36,428 nt of DNA from Bacteroidota bacterium (GCA_008501835.1 QQUB01000450.1:1-36428); one strand, 5' to 3'; numbered from the stretch's first letter, positions 18,792 to 28,176 are shown. Numbers and translations are program-made. The notes: generated from the letters alone by a model not told the origin.

Positions 18792-18876
18792 CGTTTTCCT
18801 TAAAAAACGGTCGATTTTGACCATCAAAAAACAATTTTTAAAGGCCGGTTTGTAGCGGTCCAAAAATTTACAGACA

Positions 18877-20799
18877 ATGATAAACATTACTTTTCCAGAC
18901 GGCAATGTGCGGCAGTACGAAAAAGGGACAACTGCTTTTGAAATAGCCAGATCCATCAGTGAAGGATTGGCCAGAAATGTCCTATCAGCAAAAGTAAACG
19001 GTGAGGTTTGGGATGCTACCCGCCCGCTGAATGAAGATGCAACGATGCAATTGCTTACATGGAATGATGTTGATGGTAAAAAGACCTTTTGGCACTCCTC
19101 TGCTCACCTGATGGCAGAAGCTTTGGAAGCTTTGTTCCCGGGAATTAAATTTGGTGCAGGACCGGCAACGGATACAGGGTTCTATTATGATGTAGATCCT
19201 GGTGATTATAAAATTTCTCAGGAAGACTTTCCAAAGATCGAGCAAAAGATGCTTGAACTGGCCCGGGAAAAGAATACCTATTGCAGAAAACCGGTTACCA
19301 AGGATGAGGCCATCGAATTTTTCAAAGATAAAGGAGATGAGTATAAATTGGAATTGATCGATAAGCGCGGAGCTGATGAGGCGTTGACTTTGTATGAGCA
19401 GGGTAATTTCGTTGACTTGTGTAAAGGTCCTCATATTGCTGATACGAGCAGGATCAAAGCGGTTAAGATCATGAACGTTGCCGGAGCGTACTGGCAGGGA
19501 GATGAAAGCCGTAATCAGATGACTCGTGTTTACGGAGTATCTTTTCCAAAGCAGAAAGAATTAAAAGAATACCTCGAATTACTCGAAGAAGCCAAAAAAC
19601 GTGATCACCGTAAACTGGGTGCTGAACTGGAACTCTTCATGTTCTCTGAAAAGGTAGGTAGTGGATTGCCGATCTGGCTGCCTAACGGTACCGCATTGCG
19701 TGAGCGTTTGATGGATTACCTTAAAGCTGAGCAGGAAAAACGTGGATACCTTCCGGTGATCACTCCTCATATTGGAAAGAAGGAATTGTATATGACCTCT
19801 GGTCATTATGAAAAATATGGTGAAGACAGTTTTCAGCCAATCCACACTCCGAGAGAAGGAGAAGAGTTTTTGCTGAAACCAATGAACTGCCCACACCACT
19901 GTGAAGTTTATGCAAATCGTCCGCACTCTTATAAAGAATTGCCATTAAGGCTTGCAGAATTTGGTACTGTTTACCGTTATGAGCAAAGTGGTGAGTTGCA
20001 CGGGCTTTCAAGGGTTCGTGGCTTTACTCAGGATGATGCACATATCTTCTGTACTCCGGATCAGTTGAAAGATGAGTTCCTGAATGTGCTTGATTTGACG
20101 GTTGGCGTGTTCCGCAAAATGGGATTTGAGGATTTTACTGCCCAGATCTCTTTGCGTGATCCGGAAACTCCTGAAAAATATATCGGTACAACAGAAAACT
20201 GGGAAAAGGCCGAAACTGCGATTATTGAAGCCACTAAAGAAGTAGAGCTCAAAACAGTTACCGAATATGGTGAGGCAGCATTTTACGGTCCAAAACTCGA
20301 CTTCATGATCAAGGATGCCCTTGGCCGTTCATGGCAGCTGGGTACCATCCAGGTAGATTACAACCTGCCGGATCGTTTTGAGTTGGAGTATGTTGGTTCT
20401 GATAACCAGGCACACCGTCCGGTAATGATTCACCGTGCGCCATTTGGTTCTATGGAGCGTTTCATCAGTATCCTTATCGAGCATACTGCCGGTAAATTCC
20501 CATTGTGGCTGGCACCTGAACAGTTTGCTATTCTCCCGATCAGTGATAAGTGGGAAGCCTATGCAGAAGAAGTAAAAGCTCAGTTGGCCGTACATGATAT
20601 CCGCGGATTCATTGACAACAGAACTGAATCCATTGGCCGTAAGATCAGGGATACAGAATTGAAGAAAGTACCTTTCATGCTGATCGTTGGTGAAAAAGAA
20701 GCGGAAAATCAATCGGTTGGAGTACGACGCCAGGGAGAAGGTGATCTGGGAGCGATGAGCATCCCTGAATTTATTGAGTTCTTCAAGGGACAACTCTAA
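18877..20799 (+). CDS. thrS: Threonine--tRNA ligase
   Basis: 640 aa. N-terminal TGS domain [28 protein letters not shown], editing-domain HSSAHLMA, class II core [26 protein letters not shown], and an anticodon-binding C-terminus. Confidence 0.95.
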   Translation: MINITFPDGNVRQYEKGTTAFEIARSISEGLARNVLSAKVNGEVWDATRPLNEDATMQLLTWNDVDGKKTFWHSSAHLMAEALEALFPGIKFGAGPATDTGFYYDVDPGDYKISQEDFPKIEQKMLELAREKNTYCRKPVTKDEAIEFFKDKGDEYKLELIDKRGADEALTLYEQGNFVDLCKGPHIADTSRIKAVKIMNVAGAYWQGDESRNQMTRVYGVSFPKQKELKEYLELLEEAKKRDHRKLGAELELFMFSEKVGSGLPIWLPNGTALRERLMDYLKAEQEKRGYLPVITPHIGKKELYMTSGHYEKYGEDSFQPIHTPREGEEFLLKPMNCPHHCEVYANRPHSYKELPLRLAEFGTVYRYEQSGELHGLSRVRGFTQDDAHIFCTPDQLKDEFLNVLDLTVGVFRKMGFEDFTAQISLRDPETPEKYIGTTENWEKAETAIIEATKEVELKTVTEYGEAAFYGPKLDFMIKDALGRSWQLGTIQVDYNLPDRFELEYVGSDNQAHRPVMIHRAPFGSMERFISILIEHTAGKFPLWLAPEQFAILPISDKWEAYAEEVKAQLAVHDIRGFIDNRTESIGRKIRDTELKKVPFMLIVGEKEAENQSVGVRRQGEGDLGAMSIPEFIEFFKGQL

Positions 20800-20801
20800 T
20801 T

Positions 20802-21716
20802 ATGCATTTGGAAGAGCTTCTGAAGGAGCTTGATGCTGTGGAAGCAAAAGCCCGGGGTCTGAGATGGAGGCGCCTGGCTTTTGCACCAGCTCGTTACGCC
20901 TTCGCCTTGTTCTTCCGGTTTGTGGTTTATCCCATCAATAAGAAAGGAGTTGTCAGGAAATGTTTTACATTTTTTGGCAGTAAAATGGAGATCGTCCTGC
21001 CTGCTGATCTCGACGTATTCCTGTTAAAGGCCAAAACGCCTGATTCGGAAATTCGGTTGACCCGTTATCTCATTCAAAACCTGAAAGAGGGTGATATTTT
21101 TGTGGATGCAGGTGCACATCTTGGATTTTATTCCTTATTGGCTTCGAAACTCATTGGTCCGGCTAGAAAGGTTTACAGTATTGAAGCTTCCAAAGCGGTA
21201 TTTGGAGTGCTAAAACGCAATACTCAACCAAGTAAGAATATCAAAGTTTACAATCTTGCAGTCGGTTTGAAAGAGGATATCCTTGAATTTCATGAGTACC
21301 CGATTTTATATTCAGAGCACAATACCATCCGCCCTGACCGGTTTAATCAGTCCGACTGGATCAGGAAAAATCCTCCACTAAAGGTGAAGGTCGAGGCCAA
21401 CAGGCTTGATGCCATGCTGGAAGACTGGATGATTCATCCCGATTTTATCAAAATAGATATTGAAGGAGCTCAGTACGATGCTATTGCCGGGTTGAAGAGT
21501 TGTTTGGAGTTTTGTAAACCAGAAGTGGCTATGGCCTACCAGGCTCGCGGTCGAAGCAATCACGCGCATAATAAGGCGCTTGTTATTGCGAAAAAATATG
21601 GATACCTCCCGCATTTGATAGAACAGGACGGGACATTGACCCTTGCTGAAAACGTGGATACCGAATTATTGGAACGAGGGCTGGACACTGATTTTATTGT
21701 GTTGAAAAGAGGGTGA
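20802..21716 (+). CDS. FkbM family SAM-dependent methyltransferase
   Basis: 304 aa. FVDAGAHLGFYSL (SAM motif I), VYSIEASK, and IKIDIEGAQYDAIAGL (the FkbM-type K-I-D-x-E-G-x-E pattern). The ATG is 2 nt after the thrS stop. Confidence 0.8.
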   Translation: MHLEELLKELDAVEAKARGLRWRRLAFAPARYAFALFFRFVVYPINKKGVVRKCFTFFGSKMEIVLPADLDVFLLKAKTPDSEIRLTRYLIQNLKEGDIFVDAGAHLGFYSLLASKLIGPARKVYSIEASKAVFGVLKRNTQPSKNIKVYNLAVGLKEDILEFHEYPILYSEHNTIRPDRFNQSDWIRKNPPLKVKVEANRLDAMLEDWMIHPDFIKIDIEGAQYDAIAGLKSCLEFCKPEVAMAYQARGRSNHAHNKALVIAKKYGYLPHLIEQDGTLTLAENVDTELLERGLDTDFIVLKRG

Positions 21717-21952
21717 CTTTGAAAATTCAATTTTTCATATTTATCTTTTTAAATTTAGTTGTCTTTCTTTTGGAAATATAGTGCCTATAACGTATTTTGA
21801 AGCCAACCCATCTGACATTTTTTACAAAATCCATGACATTTAAATAAGAGGTCCCTCTACAAGAAGACTAAACAACTACTTGGTTAGGTCCTACCATTAT
21901 GGCTTAAAACTTGACCATGGAATAGTATAACTTCCAAAAAAGTATCATAGAA

Positions 21953-24900
21953 ATGTCTAGACCCAAGAAAAACTTCAAGAGGAAAACTATCTTGAATCCT
22001 AAAGAAAGAACCAATCAATTTCCTTCTGTAAATTTAACTAGAAACCTTTTGCAGAGACATGGTGCAAGGGTGAAAAGTATCTATTTGGAGTTAAAAAATT
22101 ATAGATTTTATCATAGCCCTTCAAATAGATTGAATCCTGATAAAAGGTTTGTTGGTAGGGGTGAAATGAAAAAAAAGTTAGAAAACCTTATCACAAAATC
22201 TCAAACGAATTCAGGGACCTATCTTGTTACCGGTTTTAGAGGGATGGGAAAAACAAGTTTGGTGAATAAAGTCCTTTCTGATTTATTGAACCAGCAGAAT
22301 GCATTATATGTTCTTAAAGTCGTTTTTAGCTACCTTGTTGTTGTTTGGTTGTCTTCTTTTTTTACCATCCAAGCAGTGTTCGTTTTTTCCCTATTAGGGG
22401 TATTAGCATTCATTTATATGCTGTCAAAAAAATCTGAAGTTTCTCAAAAAAGAAGACTTAAAACTCAGGTATTAGATATTTTAAAAATTTTCGTCAACCC
22501 ATTCGAAAACGAATTGGAAAATAGTGCAAAAAGAGTTTTTGCAACAGGTTTTTCTCGAATTGGTATTGTATTAATATTTTCAAGTTTGGCACTTTTCCTT
22601 ATTAATTATCAAAAATTTGTTGCGAAATACTCGGGAAAAATTGAAGGACAAATAATTTCATATTCTGAAAAAATCAAGGTATTTATAATTGCTCTTGGGG
22701 CATATTTTTTTATTGTGATAATCATCGAACTATTTAATTTTTTCAGATACCATAGAAAAAATAATAATGAATCCAATCCATTAAATCAGAATTCGAATAA
22801 AAGAGCAAGGGGATATTTTTTTGTGATGTTCTTTTTCCTAATGACAATACTTTCATTTGTTATTATTGTCAAAAATGGATCGCCAATTCCATCTTGGATA
22901 TATACACCTTCAATAATAATTTTTTTAATAATTCTCTTAATTTTAATTTTTGGGAATCATTCAAAAAAAATATTTCACTCCTTTGTAAATAATAGTAATA
23001 TTATTCCTGTATATATAAATCTCGGAAAGGAAAACCTTTCAGAGGAGGATATTTTAAAGCTTGTAACTTATGGTTTATATAATAGCTATAAGAGAATTGC
23101 TTTACCATTCAGTTATATTAAAAGAGGATTATGGTCGTTGGGTGTAGGAATAATGGTTTACTTAATTGGATCAACTTTTTATTTCTTTGAACCTACCTAT
23201 AAGTTATTTAATGATTGGAGAATGAGGAGTAATTTGGTTTATTACTTTCCTAGTCAAACCCATTTTCTTAAGGGCGTTAATTTATCAGATGAATTAGCTA
23301 TTAATGTTATTGATACATTAGACGATACAAGGTTCCCAGATTCAACATTTTTAGAAAATTATTACACTATTGTAGTTCAAAATAAGATGGAAATTGGACA
23401 GGGTTTTTCCATTCAAGATAATTTCCTTGCTTTTACTGTTACATTGGATTACTTTTTATTAAGTATTTACGTAAATACTATCCGACCATTTATTCGGGCA
23501 GGGTTGATAAAAAATGATTCAATTAATACAGGCCCTCTTTATATTTTATCTAATACTCTAGGGTTACATCCCAATTTTAGGTTTATTCCAAGATATGATT
23601 TTCTTTTTCTCATGTATATATTATTCTTTTCTTATTTTTCTAGATGGCTTTTGAGATCAAGAGTTTGGGGTGTAAGTCATCGTGCCATTCTCAAAAAATT
23701 GAAAAACCTTGTAGATAGTCTTGAGGCAGAAATTGATATTGGAAAGGGTAGAAATATGGCAATTAATTATCCTGAAAAACTTTTTTCACTTGGCTTTACT
23801 TCGAATAAAAAGAAGAGTTATCCAATAAAAAGCGCACCAGAAATAGAAATAACCCTTATTGAAATTTTGAGAGAAATCGAGTCAATCCCAAAGCTCAGAA
23901 TGCGACCAAGATTTGTATTCATTTTTGATGAATTGGATAAGATTCAACCTCGAGAACTAAATGACAAGGATAATAACAATAACCCAAAGGATTATTCAGA
24001 ATCAGAATGGACAAAGAAAAGGCAAGACACAATTGGTACTATTTTAGCAAACCTTAAGCACTTCTTTAATTCAGCTAAAGCGAAATTTATTTTTATTGCC
24101 GGTCGAGAAATGTATGATGCAGCCCTGGCAGATATTTCAGATAGAGATGCCTTAATTGGAAGCCTATTCCATGAAGTTATTTATGTTCATAGTTTTTATA
24201 AAGACCCTGCCGATGAGAGGTTATCGGACATAACCTCAATGACTGAACGTTATATTTGTCAATTTTTGATTCCAGAAGAAGAGTTGGATGATGATCCTAA
24301 TTTGAGTAAATATAATAGTTATCTTTTAAAAAATGTTAATAAGTTATTTGAGAAAGAACAAAATAAAGAATTAGCTATTGCTAAAATAATTATGTCTCTA
24401 CATAATTTTATTTCGTATGTCTCTTATAGGAGTAACGGGGCCCCAAAAAAAATCACCAAAATTTTTGAGGAATATATCAAAGGGTATCCAGATAAAAAAA
24501 CTGACTTTGCAAGTACTATAATTACCAGAAGAGATGAAAATAGTTTGTATTTACACTTTAGCTTTAATGATCAATATATTTTTAGTGTTGGAAGGTATTT
24601 ATTTAATCCTTTTGTTATTGCAGTAAATAAATATATTAAAGCTTTTGAAGACAAATTGTTGGTTTCAACATCTTTTCTATTAAATCATATTTATAAATTT
24701 CATAAAGTGGGTTTTTCTCATAAAACCTTAGAACTTACTCCTGAAATTATTGCAATTTATAAAGCTCCCGAACTTAGAGATTTTATAAATCGATTGATTA
24801 CCTTTTTAAGTCAGACCCACCTTCGAAAAATTTTAAGTGGCTTGTACGACTTTAAATTTTATAGTCGCATTGAAAAAGAAATAGCTTATATCTCTAAAAT

Positions 24901-27427
24901 CTCCGAATCAGAGTCTGCTGCTTTTAATTTCACCCTTGACGAATCCCTAATTATAAAAAGTATTTTTAGAAATAAACTAAACAAGGTTAGAAAGTACTGG
25001 GGTAGTGAAATTGAGACAAAGGTACATGTTGAATCTGTAGCATTTATTAATAATAATTTGGGAGATTTAAGTTTTAATGATGCTAAGTATTTTGAAGCTA
25101 TTCATTATTACAAAGAGGCTTTAGTTAAAATTGATAATACCCAGATTAAGGAATTATCACCTGATCTTTTCATTTTCTTGATTAGAACCGAGTTAAAATT
25201 GGGACTTGCCTACGAAATGATAAAAAATGCAGACGAAGCCTTGATGATTTATGATGATATTAGCAGAAAAGCTATTGATTATATTCGACAGCGACATATA
25301 AAATACAATAAGGAAAGTTGGACAAAGGATCTGAAAAAAACTGAATTAATTACAATTCTTAGGTTATTTTATCAGCCTTTACTGGCAAAAATGCAATTAA
25401 TTGAAAAAAGTACAATAAAAAGTTTGACGAAAACTCAGCTTAGAGAAAACCTAGTCTCGTTTAAGCATATTATTAATGATTACCTTTCTCCGGAGCAAAA
25501 TTTTTTACTTAGAGCGGAGTATTATGATAAAATTGGTGACCTGCTTTTTTATAAAAATGGCATTCCATTTGGTAAATTTGAGAAGGGTGAGGAGGCCGGA
25601 GAAACAGACCCAAGGTTTTTTAAAGACATTCAAGAAGGTAGGTTAAACCATGAATATTTTTATTCATTGCCAGTTGGTGCGTACTATAGATATATGGTCA
25701 GTCTGACTTCTTTAATACATGTCGGTATCTCTCAGCAGCTCGACGAAAATGTAAAGATTAATTATTTTGATATTACTAAGCCCCATGAGTCTGACTGGCT
25801 TATTATTCATTATTTCACGAGTTTTTTATTCAACAGAATTGGAAAGACTTTTCCCATATCAAGGAAATCCTTCTTCCTCGCAGCTGGAAATAGCTTATCT
25901 GATGCTGGAAATACAATTCTTTCAATTATTTCGGCCGAAATTAACACTAACCCTGTTGAATTAAATTTACTTGATGTGAAAAAGTTGAAAAGGGTTTTAA
26001 GTTTTAAGATGAAAGGAGAAGGTGGGGAGGAAGCTTTAACTTTTGCTGGAGAGAATCAAATTGCGACTCTCAAAGTGGAGACAGAGAATGAACAAGAAGG
26101 AGTTTTGCATTTAAGAGAGAAAGTTAATAAGTTCTATGGAAAATTTGACCTTTGTAGGTTACATACAGCTTTAAGGTATATATATATTGCAGCAATCTAT
26201 TTTGAAAGGGCCGGAGATTATAAAGGTTTTGTGTTTCAATTATCCAAGATTTTACACGTTTTGAGGCTTATTGTTCTAAAGGTTGTTCAAAATGAAGGTG
26301 GAGCAGAACAAGTTCAAGCTCAAGCTTTTTTAGATTTTTTGAATGAGTATGTTGTCTATAAAGCTATAAGGTATAATTATAAGGCATATAAGAATTATGA
26401 CCATTCAGAAGCACAGCAATTGAAAAATTCTTTAGGTTTTGTTAACTACGAAGGTAACCAAAAAATGGAATTAGAAAAGGTTATTAAAGCTTCCACTTCA
26501 GCGGCAGAGGATATAAAGGAAATATTATTAATATACGCTGATATAAAACTCAAGTTATTTCCTGAAGAATATTTAGAATTAGAGGATGGCTTAATAAATC
26601 CATATACCAATGTAAGCTTGAGAGGAAATCGGTTGTCGGAATTGAATTATAAGAGTCATTTTAACTACAAATACCTTAAGAAATTAACTTCAGGGATTAA
26701 ACCGAATTCGAACAGAGAAAAAAGATCGGAAAGTATAATTGCACTAAAACCAATTATTAACCGATACGAGGCAAAAGAAATTATTGATAGAATTTTAGAT
26801 GGTTTTTCAAATGGTAGATTTAAAGATTTAGAAAAATTGGAGTTTATTATTTTAGATTCTATTTTCATTTTGTATGAAATGAGGCTAACTATTGAAATAT
26901 TCGGTCAATCTTATATTCATAATCATAGTTGGTATGCTTCCATTTATAGAAGGTTAGGGTTTTGGAGCATGCTATTTCATGAATATGTGGCTGGGGTTAA
27001 ATCTAGGGAAAACAAGGACTCTAAAGAGGAGAAGGATAATCGTAATAAACCTATTATTCCTAAGGTTTTTCCAAAGGGAAGGTCTCAAGTCGTGGAGGAA
27101 TTGTTAAAGAAATTAATTGGTCAGGAAGAGTTTACAGATTTAGATTCTATCTCCTTTTACGAAAAAGCTCTTAAACACTGTTATAGTATTTATGAAACTC
27201 ATTCGGAGGGACAAGCGTATCAGGATTTTATTCAGGAAATGAACTACCTGGATGATGATTTTAATGATAATTTATATCACTTCTCAGCAACCTTAGAGCG
27301 GATGCGAATAAATTTTGATATGGTAAAAAATCATATCGATGATCTTAGTGAGGTGATAAAACTAAATAAAAAAAGATTTTATTTTGAGTCCTTTTTCACA
27401 CATTTGGAAAAAACTGTAATAAATTAA
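21953..27427 (+). CDS. Giant membrane-embedded STAND/KAP-like P-loop NTPase with a TPR-like helical C-terminus (no assignable named family)
   Basis: An uninterrupted 5,475-nt ORF in roughly 30% GC DNA. In order: FVGRGEMKKKLENLI lead-in, Walker A LVTGFRGMGKTS, about 6 hydrophobic helices, strand-like IIPVYINL, about 3-4 more hydrophobic helices, Walker B FVFIFDELD, sensor-1-like FIFIAGRE, GxP-like SNGAPKKITKIF, and TPR-like NNLGDLSFNDAKYFEAIHYYKEALV. Confidence 0.8.
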   Translation: MSRPKKNFKRKTILNPKERTNQFPSVNLTRNLLQRHGARVKSIYLELKNYRFYHSPSNRLNPDKRFVGRGEMKKKLENLITKSQTNSGTYLVTGFRGMGKTSLVNKVLSDLLNQQNALYVLKVVFSYLVVVWLSSFFTIQAVFVFSLLGVLAFIYMLSKKSEVSQKRRLKTQVLDILKIFVNPFENELENSAKRVFATGFSRIGIVLIFSSLALFLINYQKFVAKYSGKIEGQIISYSEKIKVFIIALGAYFFIVIIIELFNFFRYHRKNNNESNPLNQNSNKRARGYFFVMFFFLMTILSFVIIVKNGSPIPSWIYTPSIIIFLIILLILIFGNHSKKIFHSFVNNSNIIPVYINLGKENLSEEDILKLVTYGLYNSYKRIALPFSYIKRGLWSLGVGIMVYLIGSTFYFFEPTYKLFNDWRMRSNLVYYFPSQTHFLKGVNLSDELAINVIDTLDDTRFPDSTFLENYYTIVVQNKMEIGQGFSIQDNFLAFTVTLDYFLLSIYVNTIRPFIRAGLIKNDSINTGPLYILSNTLGLHPNFRFIPRYDFLFLMYILFFSYFSRWLLRSRVWGVSHRAILKKLKNLVDSLEAEIDIGKGRNMAINYPEKLFSLGFTSNKKKSYPIKSAPEIEITLIEILREIESIPKLRMRPRFVFIFDELDKIQPRELNDKDNNNNPKDYSESEWTKKRQDTIGTILANLKHFFNSAKAKFIFIAGREMYDAALADISDRDALIGSLFHEVIYVHSFYKDPADERLSDITSMTERYICQFLIPEEELDDDPNLSKYNSYLLKNVNKLFEKEQNKELAIAKIIMSLHNFISYVSYRSNGAPKKITKIFEEYIKGYPDKKTDFASTIITRRDENSLYLHFSFNDQYIFSVGRYLFNPFVIAVNKYIKAFEDKLLVSTSFLLNHIYKFHKVGFSHKTLELTPEIIAIYKAPELRDFINRLITFLSQTHLRKILSGLYDFKFYSRIEKEIAYISKISESESAAFNFTLDESLIIKSIFRNKLNKVRKYWGSEIETKVHVESVAFINNNLGDLSFNDAKYFEAIHYYKEALVKIDNTQIKELSPDLFIFLIRTELKLGLAYEMIKNADEALMIYDDISRKAIDYIRQRHIKYNKESWTKDLKKTELITILRLFYQPLLAKMQLIEKSTIKSLTKTQLRENLVSFKHIINDYLSPEQNFLLRAEYYDKIGDLLFYKNGIPFGKFEKGEEAGETDPRFFKDIQEGRLNHEYFYSLPVGAYYRYMVSLTSLIHVGISQQLDENVKINYFDITKPHESDWLIIHYFTSFLFNRIGKTFPISRKSFFLAAGNSLSDAGNTILSIISAEINTNPVELNLLDVKKLKRVLSFKMKGEGGEEALTFAGENQIATLKVETENEQEGVLHLREKVNKFYGKFDLCRLHTALRYIYIAAIYFERAGDYKGFVFQLSKILHVLRLIVLKVVQNEGGAEQVQAQAFLDFLNEYVVYKAIRYNYKAYKNYDHSEAQQLKNSLGFVNYEGNQKMELEKVIKASTSAAEDIKEILLIYADIKLKLFPEEYLELEDGLINPYTNVSLRGNRLSELNYKSHFNYKYLKKLTSGIKPNSNREKRSESIIALKPIINRYEAKEIIDRILDGFSNGRFKDLEKLEFIILDSIFILYEMRLTIEIFGQSYIHNHSWYASIYRRLGFWSMLFHEYVAGVKSRENKDSKEEKDNRNKPIIPKVFPKGRSQVVEELLKKLIGQEEFTDLDSISFYEKALKHCYSIYETHSEGQAYQDFIQEMNYLDDDFNDNLYHFSATLERMRINFDMVKNHIDDLSEVIKLNKKRFYFESFFTHLEKTVIN
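22232..22258 (+). other. Walker A (P-loop) coding segment GFRGMGKTS, aa 94-102 of the giant ORF
   Basis: ggt ttt aga ggg atg gga aaa aca agt. It is preceded by the hydrophobic strand TYLVT and the FVGRG lead-in. Confidence 0.75.
22301..22954 (+). other. First membrane insert of the giant ORF: six hydrophobic 17-24-aa segments (aa ~117-334)
   Basis: ALYVLKVVFSYLVVVWLSSFF, AVFVFSLLGVLAFIYML, VFATGFSRIGIVLIFSSLALFLINY, IKVFIIALGAYFFIVIIIELFNFF, GYFFVMFFFLMTILSFVIIV, WIYTPSIIIFLIILLILIFG. These were called by eye, with no TM predictor run. Confidence 0.65.
23129..23653 (+). other. Second membrane insert of the giant ORF: three clear hydrophobic segments plus one weak one (aa ~393-567)
   Basis: GLWSLGVGIMVYLIGSTFYFF, NFLAFTVTLDYFLLSIYVNTI and YDFLFLMYILFFSYFSRWLL are clear. 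GPLYILSNTLGL is weaker. Confidence 0.55.
23909..23938 (+). other. Walker B coding segment RFVFIFDELD, aa 653-662 of the giant ORF
   Basis: A hydrophobic strand followed by D659-E660. About 50 aa later comes AKFIFIAGRE, a sensor-1-like hhhhxGR. Confidence 0.65.
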
Positions 27428-27609
27428 TTGTTATTGTAAAGAGAAATTATATTATGTTTTGCAAGATGGTCATACTTTGCTCTGTAGTTTATACTATTCT
27501 TTTAGAAACTTAATTATGATTTAGTATTTGACCAGATTCAATTGGAGTTGTGTTTTATGTAAAATTCGAAACACGAAAAAGTTTTAGTAGTGATTTTGAA
27601 TAGATAACC

Positions 27610-28176
27610 TTACCTACCCTTTGTCCAGGTCAAAAATTTATAAGACGTTTTGGAACTATGATCTGAACCCGGATCTTCAAAAGTATAGGTAAAGTCAACC
27701 TCTTCTTTTAAATTTACATCGTTCTCAGCAACAGCACTTTTCAAAATAGAGACCTTTTTGCCTGTATCCTGGATACAAATGCAAAGTACAGCACCTGGTC
27801 GCAAGTCATGAATAATTTTTCTGATGAAAGTAACTTCTTTTACCTTATCCTTTTTGGTAAAGTGAAACATGGAGTCCAATAAAATATAATCGTATTGATC
27901 AATTATTTCAAGGGTGTAAATGTCGTGACAAATGCCTTGTACGTTGAGTTCTTCCTGTGCCGCTTTTCCCAACATCTGTTCAATCCCCACTTCAGAAATA
28001 TCAACTCCTGTAACTTCAAAACCTAACCGTGCAACGGGTATTGCGTTTCTTCCCTGGCCGCAGCCGAGGTCGAGAACTTTGCCTTGTTTCTTTTCTTTTT
28101 CAAAAAATTCTAATAAAGCTGGAAATGCAGCCCCAAACAGATCAGGCGTTTCGTAATATTTATCGTAGCTCGCCAT
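27610..28176 (-). CDS. Class I SAM-dependent methyltransferase (TehB/TPMT-like)
   Basis: 188 aa with motif I VLDLGCGQGRNAI, then GFEVTGVDIS and a post-I acidic residue. Confidence 0.75.
   Translation of the reverse strand: MASYDKYYETPDLFGAAFPALLEFFEKEKKQGKVLDLGCGQGRNAIPVARLGFEVTGVDISEVGIEQMLGKAAQEELNVQGICHDIYTLEIIDQYDYILLDSMFHFTKKDKVKEVTFIRKIIHDLRPGAVLCICIQDTGKKVSILKSAVAENDVNLKEEVDFTYTFEDPGSDHSSKTSYKFLTWTKGR

Noticed and set aside
18792-18876. Regulatory leader (T-box or thrS operator-like structure) upstream of thrS
   Set aside because: I could find no specifier, T-box sequence or anticodon-arm mimic by eye. The roughly 85-nt leader is AT-rich and unstructured.
18985-20793. Several 63-154-aa antisense ORFs inside thrS
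   Set aside because: These are shadow ORFs opposite a highly conserved housekeeping gene.
22155-24500. A7-A8 homopolymer runs inside the giant ORF (near 22160, 22960, 24445 and 24490) as phase-variation switches
   Set aside because: Runs of this length are expected in roughly 30% GC, Lys/Asn-rich coding DNA. The frame is intact, and there is no evidence of slippage without population data.
25767-26868. Internal ORFs 25767..25964 (+) and 26665..26868 (-) within the giant gene
   Set aside because: They are short alternative-frame or antisense ORFs inside a 5.5-kb continuous ORF and have no independent support.
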